From Ruminococcus albus 7 = DSM 20455 (GTDB lineage: Bacteria; Bacillota; Clostridia; Oscillospirales; Ruminococcaceae), in the NCBI RefSeq assembly GCF_000179635.2, contig NC_014833.1, positions 2,040,001 through 2,072,000 of the forward strand: a stretch of DNA of 32,000 bases. Reading direction: 5' to 3'. A program made the translations under genes and the position numbers. Under the pieces are notes generated by a model. That model saw nothing but the letters and a program-made list of their open reading frames with translations, was not told the origin of the DNA and made no database searches. Each line of letters begins with the position of its first letter. Within the stretch, counting starts at the first letter, position 1. Shown piece by piece: positions 1 to 8,883 of this stretch.

Positions 1-438
1 GATTATAGTGTCGTCTGAGGGTATGTATGTTCCGCAGGCTGCTGTATTAAGGGCACATGTAATATTATCTCGTATTATCCTTTCACTGACAAAAGGTCTT
101 ACAGCATCGTGAGTTATAAGAACATCTCCCTTATTTACACCGAATATAGCGGTGATCTCACGAAGTATATTCAATACAGTTCCGTTCCTGTTTTTTCCGC
201 CTGTAACAAGCCTTACTCGTTTTGAGCTGATATTATATTCTTCCAGAAGCTTATCAGCATAGTCATACCAATCAGGCTTGATACCAACATATATACGTTC
301 GATCTCTCCTATATCCTCAAAAGCGCGGATAGTCCGTATAAGAATCGGTATACCACCGATCTCGATAAACTGTTTTGGCTTATCAGCATTAATTATGCGT
401 GAGCCGCTTCCTCCTGCTACGATTCCTGCAAATATCAT
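1..438 (-). CDS. IspD/TarI-family cytidylyltransferase, N-terminal 146 codons only (gene runs off the left edge)
   Basis: Not in the ORF track because there is no stop in the window. My translation of complement(1..438) is MIFAGIVAGGSGSRIINADKPKQFIEIGGIPIL...VTGGKNRNGTV...VLITHDAVRPFV. The AGGxGxR..PKQ and THDAVRPF motifs are typical of IspD/TarI and read closer to ribitol-5-P cytidylyltransferase. GGAGGG RBS at 445-450. Confidence 0.8.
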   Translation of the reverse strand, partial: MIFAGIVAGGSGSRIINADKPKQFIEIGGIPILIRTIRAFEDIGEIERIYVGIKPDWYDYADKLLEEYNISSKRVRLVTGGKNRNGTVLNILREITAIFGVNKGDVLITHDAVRPFVSERIIRDNITCALNTAACGTYIPSDDTII

Positions 439-531
439 ATAGTTCCCTCCTTTGGAATATTATTGGTTTTGTCACTACAAATCGTAATTCTGTTTGCTGA
501 TTAATATTGTATCTGAATGCATAAAGTTCTG

Positions 532-1065
532 TCAGTTTGAAGGTTGATCTCCATATTTAACATATTCTTCTTTAAGCACGGCGTATATATAAAAATCGTT
601 ATATCCACCTTCTTTTGCAGGGTAGACTTGCTTGTGTTCAGCTTCGCGTCGCATACCGAGCCTTTCACAAAGTTTATAAGACTTTTCATTACGTGTATCG
701 ACTTCGGCTATTATTCTGCGTACACAGAGGGTATTAAAAGCATATCCTATGAAAGCGCTCATACTTTCAGCAGCATATCCTTTTCTTTGATAGTTTATAT
801 TGAAAGTATAGCCTATTTCATAAGTTCCGTGATCTCTTTTGGAAAAGTAGATCTTTCCTATTACTTTGCCGTCAAGTACCACTGCAAAGAATTCACTGCT
901 TTCGGAAAATTTAGCAGCTTCTTTTAATGCATCACCAAAGGTGAAAGTTTGATATGGTTCAAAGTAAGTTACTTCCTTATCTGTAAGGATCTCAGCGAGA
1001 TCATTTCCGTCGCTTTTGAGAAATTTTCTTACCGAAAGCCGCTCGGTAGTGAATATGTAATCCAT
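532..1065 (-). CDS. GNAT-family N-acetyltransferase (RimJ/RimL-like)
   Basis: The track ORF is 532..1077. I prefer the second ATG (MDYIFTTERL) because GGAG sits 6 nt upstream of it inside the first codons. The TERLxxR start and the QRKGYAxE acetyl-CoA loop are typical of GNATs. Confidence 0.8.
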   Translation of the reverse strand: MDYIFTTERLSVRKFLKSDGNDLAEILTDKEVTYFEPYQTFTFGDALKEAAKFSESSEFFAVVLDGKVIGKIYFSKRDHGTYEIGYTFNINYQRKGYAAESMSAFIGYAFNTLCVRRIIAEVDTRNEKSYKLCERLGMRREAEHKQVYPAKEGGYNDFYIYAVLKEEYVKYGDQPSN

Positions 1066-1078
1066 AGCATTCTCCATG

Positions 1079-1109
1079 TATACAACAAACGGGCGAAGAA
1101 CGCCCGTTT
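1079..1109 (-). terminator. intrinsic terminator after prs
   Basis: Minus strand AAACGGGCG-TTCTT-CGCCCGTTT followed by GTTGT. 9-bp GC-rich stem (1087-1095 / 1101-1109). Confidence 0.7.
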
Positions 1110-1121
1110 AGTAAAACTTAA

Positions 1122-2276
1122 TTAATTGCTTTTTTTGATATCGTACTTGTCAAGCAGAGCAGAAATCTTCTTGTGAGGATCGATCACTTCAGAAATGGAT
1201 GCATCGTGATTAAGTGCTGCGATATAGTAAGCAATATACTTAGCAACATCAACTTCGTGGAACCATTTTCTCTCAAGAAGCTCAGGAGTCCTGTAAGTCA
1301 GGTTTGTACCGAATACTCCATCAATGATACCATTTTCAAAAGCTTTGTCGAAGGAAGCAAGACCGTTAGTGAATATTGCATAGGTAGCATAGCAGTAGAT
1401 CTTGTTTGCGTTGCGCTTTTTCAGTTCAACAGCAACTTCGAGCATGGATTCACCAGAGGATATGATATCATCAGCGATGAATACATCCTTGCCTGTAACG
1501 TCATTTCCCATATATTCGTGTGCTACGATAGGATTTCTGCCGTTTACGACTGTGGAGTAGTCACGTCTTTTGTAGAACATACCCATGTCAACGCCCAGTA
1601 CAGATGCATAGTACATATTTCTGTTGATAGCTCCTTCATCGGGGGATACTATCATAAAATGTGCCTTATCGGGCTTGAAATCGTCAAGGCTTCTGAACAT
1701 GGATTTCAGTACCTGATAAGAGGGGATAATATTGTCAAATCCCATCAGTGGAACAGCATTCTGTACTCTGGGGTCATGTGCATCAAAAGTGAGTACATTT
1801 GATACACCCATAGCCTGAAGTTCTTGTAAAGCTACTGCACAATCCAGCGATTCACGATAGTTTCTGCGATGCTGTCTGCCGCCGTAGAGTGAAGGCATAA
1901 TAACGTTTATACGGTGAGCCTTGCCGCTTGCCGCCTGAATTATACGCTTCAGATCCTGATAGTGATCATCGGGAGACATATAGTTCTCGTGACCAAAATA
2001 GTTGTATTTTACACTGTAGTTACCCATATCGCACAGAATGAAGAGATCGTTGCCTCTAACTGTCTGCTTGATAAGACCCTTTCCGTCGCCGGAAGAAAAT
2101 CTGGGACACTCAGCGTCCACCAGGAAAGTCTCCTTGAAGAAATTGTCCTCATTAGCCCATTTTACCAGATATGCATTTACTTTTTCGCCAAGTTCCTTCG
2201 CGCCCTCCATAGGGATCAGTACCAGAGGTGCCACTCTCGAATCATTGTCAAATAAGATCTTGTCAGCACTACCCAT
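1122..2276 (-). CDS. prs: ribose-phosphate diphosphokinase (PRPP synthetase) homologue, long 384-aa form
   Basis: Motifs FDAHDP, GGRQHRR and the PRPP loop VFIADDIISSGES. Start moved to MGSADK (2276) because the GGAGG at 2287-2291 lies 10 nt upstream of it. Confidence 0.8.
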   Translation of the reverse strand: MGSADKILFDNDSRVAPLVLIPMEGAKELGEKVNAYLVKWANEDNFFKETFLVDAECPRFSSGDGKGLIKQTVRGNDLFILCDMGNYSVKYNYFGHENYMSPDDHYQDLKRIIQAASGKAHRINVIMPSLYGGRQHRRNYRESLDCAVALQELQAMGVSNVLTFDAHDPRVQNAVPLMGFDNIIPSYQVLKSMFRSLDDFKPDKAHFMIVSPDEGAINRNMYYASVLGVDMGMFYKRRDYSTVVNGRNPIVAHEYMGNDVTGKDVFIADDIISSGESMLEVAVELKKRNANKIYCYATYAIFTNGLASFDKAFENGIIDGVFGTNLTYRTPELLERKWFHEVDVAKYIAYYIAALNHDASISEVIDPHKKISALLDKYDIKKSN

Positions 2277-2336
2277 TATCTTACATACCTCCATATTATA
2301 TATAGGCGGATCTTCAGGCCGCCATATTCCTATATC

Positions 2337-2365
2337 ATTATAACTTATAATCTGTTCTTTTACAA
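2337..2365 (-). promoter_or_regulatory. sigma-A-type promoter for prs
   Basis: Minus strand TTGTAA (2360-2365), 17 nt, TATAAT (2337-2342). Confidence 0.55.
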
Positions 2366-2540
2366 GAGGTTTTTCAGAAATTTAACAGTTTTTCATCTTT
2401 TTTACAAAATTATTCTTTATTGCAAAAATAATTTTTACAGAGGTATCTATTTATGCATCAATAAGGCTGTATATCTATATATCTTTGGAAATGGAATATA
2501 TAATTTGCAGGATTGGTAATCAAAAAATGCAAAAATCCTC

Positions 2541-2569
2541 TTTACATTTTCATAAATCTGTTGTATAAT
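2541..2569 (+). promoter_or_regulatory. sigma-A-type promoter for thrH
   Basis: TTTACA (2541-2546), 17 nt, TATAAT (2564-2569). Confidence 0.6.
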
Positions 2570-2609
2570 AAAATATGGAAATTTAAAGAATGTAATGGAG
2601 GAATTTAAA

Positions 2610-3215
2610 ATGATAGTTACTTGTCTTGATCTGGAGGGCGTTCTTGTACCTGAGATTTGGATCGCATTTGCAGAGGCCAGCGGAATCCCCGAGCTGAAAA
2701 AAACTACAAGGGATGAACCCGATTACGATAAGCTTATGAAGTATCGTCTTGCAATACTGAAGGAACATGGTCTTGGTCTTAAGGAGATACAGGATACTAT
2801 TGCAAAGATAGATCCTATGCCCGGCGCTAAGGAGTTCCTTGATGAACTGAGGGATTGCTGCCAGGTCCTTATCCTGAGTGATACATTCACACAGTTTGCA
2901 AAGCCCCTTATGAAGAAGCTGGGTATGCCCACGATCTTCTGTAATGAGCTGGTAGTTGCTGATAACGGTGAGATCACAGGTTATAAGATGCGTTGTGAGA
3001 AATCCAAGCTGACTACTGTCAAGGCACTTCAGTCCTGTGGTTTTGATACTATAGCAAGCGGTGACAGCTTCAATGATCTTGGTATGATACTTAACAGTCG
3101 TGCAGGTTATCTGTTCAGAAGCACTGATAAGATCAAGGCTGATTATCCTGATCTTCCCGCATTTGAAACTTATGATGAGCTGCTTGCAGCTATCAAGGCT
3201 GAAATTGCAAAGTAA
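2610..3215 (+). CDS. thrH: HAD-family phosphoserine phosphatase / homoserine phosphotransferase, ThrH-like
   Basis: MIVTCLDLEGVLVPEIWIAFAE... closely matches my recollection of the Pseudomonas ThrH N-terminus, including the DxE/DxD nucleophile motif. GGAGG at 2597-2601 favours the ATG at 2610 over 2595. Confidence 0.75.
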   Translation: MIVTCLDLEGVLVPEIWIAFAEASGIPELKKTTRDEPDYDKLMKYRLAILKEHGLGLKEIQDTIAKIDPMPGAKEFLDELRDCCQVLILSDTFTQFAKPLMKKLGMPTIFCNELVVADNGEITGYKMRCEKSKLTTVKALQSCGFDTIASGDSFNDLGMILNSRAGYLFRSTDKIKADYPDLPAFETYDELLAAIKAEIAK

Positions 3216-3230
3216 AATTTACAATATTTG

Positions 3231-3259
3231 GCACCGACATTAATGTCGGTGCTTTTTTT
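3231..3259 (+). terminator. intrinsic terminator after thrH
   Basis: GCACCGACAT-TA-ATGTCGGTGC followed by 7 T. Confidence 0.9.
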
Positions 3260-3315
3260 GTTACATTATTACTAATAAAATAAGTGCTTTTGTGCATAAT
3301 TCTAATGACTATTAC

Positions 3316-3345
3316 TTGACTAATATATGAGATTTATGTTATAAT
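3316..3345 (+). promoter_or_regulatory. sigma-A-type promoter for the capD-like gene
   Basis: TTGACT (3316-3321), 18 nt, TGtTATAAT extended -10 (3337-3345). Confidence 0.65.
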
Positions 3346-3380
3346 ATAATTAAATTATAAATATTAGGGGGTGGGATTAT

Positions 3381-5408
3381 ATGGAAGAAAAGTCTCAGAT
3401 CACTTCGCGGATCAAATTAAGGGATAAGAAAAAGCTCGAGCATTGGCAGATAATTTCCATTTATCTGGCAGCATATGATATTATCGTTGGTGCAGGAAGT
3501 TATTTTTCAGGACTATGGCTAAGATATGACCTTAGTTTTTCAAAAATATCACGTGAATATATCAATGCATATCTTTATTTTATGCCAATATATGCATTAT
3601 TGATCGTGTTTGTACATGGGTATAACAAGCTTTACAGGAGCATCTGGAGATTTGCAAGCTTTTCTGAATTAAAGCGCGTTACTTTTGCTACTTTTGAACT
3701 TGTGTTATTACACTCGCTTCTGATATCCGTGATGTTCGGCCGTATGCCGATCTCTTACTATATCATAGGACCGATCTTACAGTTCTGCTTTGTGATCGGT
3801 ATTCGTTTCTGTTACCGGTTTGTTCTGCTTGAAAGAGAACGCAGATCTGATAAAGAAACTAAAGTTGACAGAAGATACAAGCGCATAATGCTTGTTGGCG
3901 CAGGTAATGCCGGCCAGATGATACTTAGGGATATAGAGCAGTCCAGAAATCTCAAAGAGAAAGTAGTATGTATTATTGATGATAATCCTAACAAGTGGGA
4001 CAGATATATAGATGGAGTTCCGATAGTTGGAGGAAGAGATGATATACTCCTTTCTGCACAGAAGTATAACGTCAATGCTATATATGTTGCTATACCCAGT
4101 GCATCAGCTGAGGACAGGCGAGAACTTCTGAATATATGCAAGGAAACAGGCTGTGAACTTAAAAATCTTCCGGGTTTGTTCCAGTTTGTTACCGGTGATG
4201 TTACTGTTGCCAAGATGAAGGAAGTTGCTATTGAGGATCTTCTGGGCAGGGATCCTATTGAGATGGATATGTCAGATGTTTATTCTAACCTGCAGGGAAA
4301 AGTAGTTCTTGTTACCGGCGGCGGAGGTTCCATAGGCAGCGAACTTTGCAGACAGGTCGCTAAGCATAATCCAAAACAGCTTATAATTTTTGACGTGTAT
4401 GAAAACAATGCCTATGAGATCCAGATGGAACTTCGCAGGAATATGCCTGAGCTTGATCTCGAAGTACTTATAGGTTCTGTTCGCGATAACAAGCGCATAA
4501 ATGAAGTTTTTGAAAAGTATCATGTAGATATTGTTTATCACGCAGCAGCGCATAAGCACGTACCTTTAATGGAAGACAGCCCCTGTGAGGCTATAAAAAA
4601 CAATGTTATCGGTACATATAAGACCGCTTATGCAGCTTTGAGAAACGGTTGTCAGAGATTCGTACTCATATCTACAGATAAGGCTGTTAATCCCACAAAT
4701 ATAATGGGTGCAAGCAAGCGTTTATGCGAAATGATCATTCAGACTTTTGATTATATGGTGAAAAACGGCAGATGGAATGAACTTCCCAAAATCCATTCAC
4801 ATATGACTGATTCTGACTGGAAGTTTGATGTGTTGCCGCGCGGACTAATTCCTCAAACCCAGTTCTGTGCTGTTCGTTTTGGTAATGTTCTTGGCAGTAA
4901 CGGATCTGTTATACCACTCTTCAAAAAGCAGATTGCTGAAGGCGGTCCTGTAACTGTTGTTGATAAGAACATCAACCGCTTCTTTATGAGTATTCCTGAA
5001 GCTGTATCTCTTGTTTTGCAGGCGAGTGTCCTTGGAAATGGTTCTGAGATATACGTACTTGATATGGGTGAACCGATCAAGATCGATACACTTGCTCGTA
5101 ATCTTATAAAACTCTCAGGTCATAAACCTGATGTTGATATCAAGATAGTGTATACAGGACTTCGTCCAGGTGAAAAACTCTACGAGGAAAAGCTTATGGC
5201 TGAGGAAGGACTGAAGCGCACGAGTAACCAAAAGATCCATATAGGTCAGCCTATTCCTTTTAAATATGACAAGTTCGTCAGAGATATAAAAGAACTTATG
5301 GACGTGGCTTATAATGAAGATGATTACGGAGTGTATGAAAAGGTATGTGATATAGTTACAACCTTCCATCCTACATCTGTTCCTGAAAAGCCAATGGTCA
5401 CTGCTTGA
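3381..5408 (+). CDS. membrane-anchored polysaccharide biosynthesis protein, CapD/PglF/WbpM-type NDP-sugar 4,6-dehydratase
   Basis: Four N-terminal hydrophobic helices, two Rossmann motifs (VGAGNAGQ and VTGGGGSIGSEL), then STDKAVNPTNIMGASKRLCE and VRFGNVLGSNGSVIPLFKKQ. Confidence 0.85.
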   Translation: MEEKSQITSRIKLRDKKKLEHWQIISIYLAAYDIIVGAGSYFSGLWLRYDLSFSKISREYINAYLYFMPIYALLIVFVHGYNKLYRSIWRFASFSELKRVTFATFELVLLHSLLISVMFGRMPISYYIIGPILQFCFVIGIRFCYRFVLLERERRSDKETKVDRRYKRIMLVGAGNAGQMILRDIEQSRNLKEKVVCIIDDNPNKWDRYIDGVPIVGGRDDILLSAQKYNVNAIYVAIPSASAEDRRELLNICKETGCELKNLPGLFQFVTGDVTVAKMKEVAIEDLLGRDPIEMDMSDVYSNLQGKVVLVTGGGGSIGSELCRQVAKHNPKQLIIFDVYENNAYEIQMELRRNMPELDLEVLIGSVRDNKRINEVFEKYHVDIVYHAAAHKHVPLMEDSPCEAIKNNVIGTYKTAYAALRNGCQRFVLISTDKAVNPTNIMGASKRLCEMIIQTFDYMVKNGRWNELPKIHSHMTDSDWKFDVLPRGLIPQTQFCAVRFGNVLGSNGSVIPLFKKQIAEGGPVTVVDKNINRFFMSIPEAVSLVLQASVLGNGSEIYVLDMGEPIKIDTLARNLIKLSGHKPDVDIKIVYTGLRPGEKLYEEKLMAEEGLKRTSNQKIHIGQPIPFKYDKFVRDIKELMDVAYNEDDYGVYEKVCDIVTTFHPTSVPEKPMVTA

Positions 5409-5450
5409 TAATACGCTTGTTATATTGCAGTTGTGAAATTAAAATATATT

Positions 5451-5493
5451 GGCACTTCTGCTTAAAAATAATCGGAAGTGCCATTTTATTTTT
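5451..5493 (+). terminator. intrinsic terminator after the capD-like gene
   Basis: GGCACTTCTG ... CGGAAGTGCC stem followed by ATTTTATTTTT. Confidence 0.85.
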
Positions 5494-5528
5494 GGAAATC
5501 AGAAAGTAATAAATATACTTAAAATCAC

Positions 5529-5557
5529 TTGACAAACATGGACTTATCTGCTAAAAT
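5529..5557 (+). promoter_or_regulatory. sigma-A-type promoter for the M15 peptidase gene
   Basis: TTGACA (5529-5534), 17 nt, TAAAAT (5552-5557). Confidence 0.65.
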
Positions 5558-5620
5558 ATCCTATGCTGACAATTTAGCGTTGTCGGTTTCTGGTCATTTG
5601 ATTTGGAGGAAGGAAACTAT

Positions 5621-6265
5621 ATGAAAAATGAAGTATTCATACTTCGCGAGGGCTTTTCAGCCTGCCCTGTTCCCGATGATGTAAGAGATCGTATATCGGG
5701 TATAACTTACAGAGAAAACAGTGAGATACAGCTGGATGATCTTTCGTACCTGAACATCAGGTATCTTGATTTTTCTCATAATATAGCTGATGGCGAGATG
5801 ATCGTTCATAAGTCGCTGGCAAAAGAAGTTCTTGAGATATTTGAGACGTTGTTTGAAGCTGAGTACGAGATAGAAAAGGTACATCTTTGCGATGAGTATG
5901 ACGGCGACGATGAGCTTTCAATGGCAGATAACAATTCTTCGGCATTCAACTTCAGAAATGTTGCAGGTACACAAGAACTTTCCATGCACGCCTTGGGAAG
6001 GGCTATCGACATTAATCCACTGTATAATCCTTATATCGTTGGTGAGAAGATAAGCCCGTCAAATTCTTTGGAGTATGTCGACAGGGGAGCAGAGTTTCCT
6101 CACAAGATAGATCATCACGATCTTGCTTTTAAAGTTTTTACTTGTAAAGGCTGGCTTTGGGGCGGAGACTGGACTAATTCCAAGGACTACCAGCATTTCT
6201 ATAAACCAAAGGAAAGTATAGTAAAGACTGCAGTCGATAAGATCAAGAAATTAGTTGCAGATTAA
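5621..6265 (+). CDS. M15-family zinc D-Ala-D-Ala peptidase (VanY/VanX-like), no signal peptide
   Basis: The HALGRAIDINP and WGGDW...DYQHF motifs are the H-x6-D ... H zinc ligands. The track start at 5603 is TTG. The ATG at 5621 has a GGAGGAAGG RBS at 5605-5613. Confidence 0.75.
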   Translation: MKNEVFILREGFSACPVPDDVRDRISGITYRENSEIQLDDLSYLNIRYLDFSHNIADGEMIVHKSLAKEVLEIFETLFEAEYEIEKVHLCDEYDGDDELSMADNNSSAFNFRNVAGTQELSMHALGRAIDINPLYNPYIVGEKISPSNSLEYVDRGAEFPHKIDHHDLAFKVFTCKGWLWGGDWTNSKDYQHFYKPKESIVKTAVDKIKKLVAD

Positions 6266-6267
6266 AC

Positions 6268-6302
6268 AAAACGTACCGAGAGTGGTTCTCGGTACGTTTT
6301 TT
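6268..6302. terminator. bidirectional terminator between the convergent M15 peptidase and ArsC-family genes
   Basis: AAAACGTACCGAGA-GTGGT-TCTCGGTACGTTTT, a 14-bp stem flanked by an A-run and a T-run. Confidence 0.9.
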
Positions 6303-6305
6303 GTA

Positions 6306-6653
6306 TTATTTTATCTTATCCCATTCTGTTTCTTTGAAGCCTACCATTACAGTCTCTTCGTTCACGAGTATAGGTCTTTTGACCAGCATACCATCGGTTG
6401 CGAGAAGTTTCAGTTGTTCATCTTCGGTCATTGTGGGAAGTTTATCTTTGAGCTCCATTGATTTGTAGAGCAGTCCGCTTGTATTGAAAAACTTTTTCAG
6501 CGGCAGACCACTTTTGGCGTGCCAGTTTTTCAGTTCTTCGTAAGTAGGATTGTTCTCCTTGATATCGCGCAGTTCATACTGAAATCCGTTATCATCCAGC
6601 CACTTCTGGGCTTTTTTGCAGGTGGTGCATCTGGGGTAGCAAATGAATAACAT
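6306..6653 (-). CDS. ArsC/Spx/MgsR-family thioredoxin-fold protein (CxxC)
   Basis: MLFICYPRCTTCKKAQKWLDDNG... with length and layout typical of the ArsC_YffB/Spx family. Its GGAGG RBS lies inside the last codons of the upstream gene. Confidence 0.8.
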   Translation of the reverse strand: MLFICYPRCTTCKKAQKWLDDNGFQYELRDIKENNPTYEELKNWHAKSGLPLKKFFNTSGLLYKSMELKDKLPTMTEDEQLKLLATDGMLVKRPILVNEETVMVGFKETEWDKIK

Positions 6654-6654
6654 A

Positions 6655-7077
6655 TTATTCCTCCTTTTGTATGTTTTTATTGTATATATCAGCTTCTATC
6701 ACAGGTATACATGGTGACAGCATTTTATCCCTGACTTTTGAGCATTCACCGTGCTTGAAAACAAATACCTGAAATTCGCTGAAATATTCTTTGTCCTCAT
6801 CGTCACGCATATAGATAATACCGTAGCTTCCATTTGCCGCTTTTGCTGCATCACAGAATACGCCTATGATCTCATCGACCTCTTCTGTCCTGTGATTTGA
6901 GCAGTGCAGCACGCTAAGGTAAGCGACACCGTTCTTATAAGAAAGTGTTACACCGCAGTTTTGCTTTGAGATGATCTGATTGATATTATTTTGTATACTT
7001 TTGTGTTCATCGTCTGTAAGCTCGTCCTCATCGCCGTAACTTTCGCATATTGTCAGCCATCCGTGTAATTCTACCAT
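6655..7077 (-). CDS. small acidic cytoplasmic protein, possibly Imm7-family immunity-like
   Basis: MVELHGW start, central GSYGIIYMRDDED and C-terminal LSPCIPVIE match my recollection of Imm7 hallmarks. This rests on memory only and was not searched. Confidence 0.45.
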   Translation of the reverse strand: MVELHGWLTICESYGDEDELTDDEHKSIQNNINQIISKQNCGVTLSYKNGVAYLSVLHCSNHRTEEVDEIIGVFCDAAKAANGSYGIIYMRDDEDKEYFSEFQVFVFKHGECSKVRDKMLSPCIPVIEADIYNKNIQKEE

Positions 7078-7103
7078 AGTGTCACCTCACATATTGCTGT
7101 ATC

Positions 7104-7130
7104 AAAAAAGCTCCGCAAGGGATGCGGAGC
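7104..7130 (-). terminator. intrinsic terminator after pckA
   Basis: Minus strand GCTCCGCA-TCCCT-TGCGGAGC followed by TTTTTTGAT. Confidence 0.85.
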
Positions 7131-7151
7131 TTTAAATTATTCTCTGATATA

Positions 7152-8765
7152 TTAGAGCTTAGGACCAGCAGCAACCAGTGCCTTACCAGCCTCGTTGCCC
7201 TCGTACTTGGAGAAGTTCTTGATGAATCTGTTAGCCAGATCCTTTGCCTTCTCTTCCCACTCAGATGCATTTGCATATGTATCTCTGGGATCGAGGATAC
7301 CGGAATCAACGCCGGGCAGCTCGGTAGGAACTTCAAAATCAAAGAAGGGGATCTTCTTGGTAGGTGCCTTCAGAACGTCGCCGTTCAGGATAGCATCGAT
7401 GATACCACGAGTATCCTTGATGGAGATTCTCTTACCGGTGCCGTTCCAGCCTGTGTTAACGAGGTATGCCTTAGCACCGCTCTTTTCCATCTTCTTAACG
7501 AGCTCTTCAGCATACTTAGTAGGATGCAGCTCGAGGAATGCCTGACCGAAGCAAGCAGAGAATGTAGGAGTAGGCTCAGTGATGCCACGCTCAGTACCAG
7601 CCAACTTTGCAGTAAATCCGGACAGGAAGTAGTACTTGGTCTGCTCAGCAGTCAGGATAGATACAGGAGGCAGTACGCCGAAAGCATCAGCAGAGAGGAA
7701 GATTACGTTCTCAGCAGCAGGGCCAGCAGAAACGCCGTTAACCTCGGAAGCGATGTTGTTGATGTGATCGATAGGATAAGAAACACGAGTGTTCTCGGTT
7801 ACGGATTTATCATCGAAGTCGATCTTGCCGTTTGCATCAACAGTTACGTTCTCAAGCAGAGCGTCTCTCTTGATTGCGTTGTAGATGTCAGGCTCGGATT
7901 CCTTATCAAGACCGATTACCTTTGCATAGCAGCCGCCCTCGAAGTTGAATACGCCGTTGTCGTCCCAACCGTGCTCGTCATCACCGATAAGTCTTCTCTT
8001 AGGATCGGTAGACAGAGTTGTCTTACCTGTACCGGAAAGACCAAAGAAGATAGCTGTGTGCTTGCCGTCCATATCGCAGTTAGCGGAGCAGTGCATGGAA
8101 GCTATGCCCTTGAGAGGGAGGTAGTAGTTCATCATGGAGAACATACCCTTCTTCATCTCGCCGCCGTACCATGTATTGATGATAACCTGCTCACGGCTTG
8201 TGATGTTGAATACAACAGCTGTCTCGGAATTCAGACCCAGCTCCTTGTAGTTCTCAACCTTAGCCTTGGAAGCGTTATAAACAACGAAATCAGGCTCAAA
8301 GTTCTCAAGCTCCTCAGCTGTGGGCTTGATGAACATATTCTCAATAAAGTGTGCCTGCCATGCCACCTCAACGATGAAACGAACAGCCATTCTTGTATCC
8401 TTGTTAGCGCCGCAGAAAGCATCAACTACGAACAGCTTTTTGTTGCAGAGCTCTTCAACAGCGATCTTCTTAACAGCGTCCCAGGTCTCCTTGGAAGCTG
8501 CGTGGTTATCGTTCTTGTACTCATCGGTTGTCCACCAAACAGTGTCCTTTGAGTTCTCATCCATAACGATGAACTTATCCTTAGGTGAACGACCGGTGTA
8601 GATACCTGTCATAACGTTTACTGCGCCGAGTTCAGTCTCCTGTCCGACCTCGAAACCTTCAAGACCAGCCTTGGTCTCCTCCTTGAAGAGCTCTTCATAG
8701 GAAGGGTTGCGGATGATCTCAACTGAACCTGTGATGCCATACTTTGTAAGATCAAGATTTGCCAT
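7152..8765 (-). CDS. pckA: phosphoenolpyruvate carboxykinase (ATP)
   Basis: Kinase-1a loop [34 protein letters not shown]. Start set at [10 protein letters not shown] (8765) with an AAGGAGGAAAA RBS. The track start at 8831 is an upstream TTG. Confidence 0.95.
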   Translation of the reverse strand: MANLDLTKYGITGSVEIIRNPSYEELFKEETKAGLEGFEVGQETELGAVNVMTGIYTGRSPKDKFIVMDENSKDTVWWTTDEYKNDNHAASKETWDAVKKIAVEELCNKKLFVVDAFCGANKDTRMAVRFIVEVAWQAHFIENMFIKPTAEELENFEPDFVVYNASKAKVENYKELGLNSETAVVFNITSREQVIINTWYGGEMKKGMFSMMNYYLPLKGIASMHCSANCDMDGKHTAIFFGLSGTGKTTLSTDPKRRLIGDDEHGWDDNGVFNFEGGCYAKVIGLDKESEPDIYNAIKRDALLENVTVDANGKIDFDDKSVTENTRVSYPIDHINNIASEVNGVSAGPAAENVIFLSADAFGVLPPVSILTAEQTKYYFLSGFTAKLAGTERGITEPTPTFSACFGQAFLELHPTKYAEELVKKMEKSGAKAYLVNTGWNGTGKRISIKDTRGIIDAILNGDVLKAPTKKIPFFDFEVPTELPGVDSGILDPRDTYANASEWEEKAKDLANRFIKNFSKYEGNEAGKALVAAGPKL

Positions 8766-8855
8766 TTTATTTTCCTCCTTAAAAATAATTGACTTGTAAA
8801 TTGAGTACGAAAATTGTTGAACAAACAACAATATATAGTGGCACTCATTATTTCT

Positions 8856-8883
8856 ATTATACCATATTTTCAGTCTTTGTCAA
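8856..8883 (-). promoter_or_regulatory. proximal sigma-A-type promoter for pckA
   Basis: Minus strand TTGACA (8878-8883), 16 nt, TGgTATAAT (8856-8864). Confidence 0.65.

Noticed and set aside
469-480. 12-mer CAAATCGTAATT shared with 19050-19061
   Set aside because: Dozens of 12-mer coincidences are expected by chance among all position pairs in a 32-kb AT-rich window, and the flanks are not similar.
1173-1802. 209-aa plus-strand ORF. The same applies to 544-927, 3812-4213, 12991-13458, 24475-24870 and 27118-27480.
   Set aside because: All lie inside and antisense to genes with clear family motifs, and none has a Shine-Dalgarno site.
7122-8552. 476-aa ORF on the plus strand, the longest unannotated ORF in the track
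   Set aside because: It lies entirely antisense to pckA, whose minus-strand frame carries unambiguous PEPCK motifs. The plus-frame product is low-complexity (L/S/V/C-rich) with no RBS or promoter. This is a typical shadow ORF.
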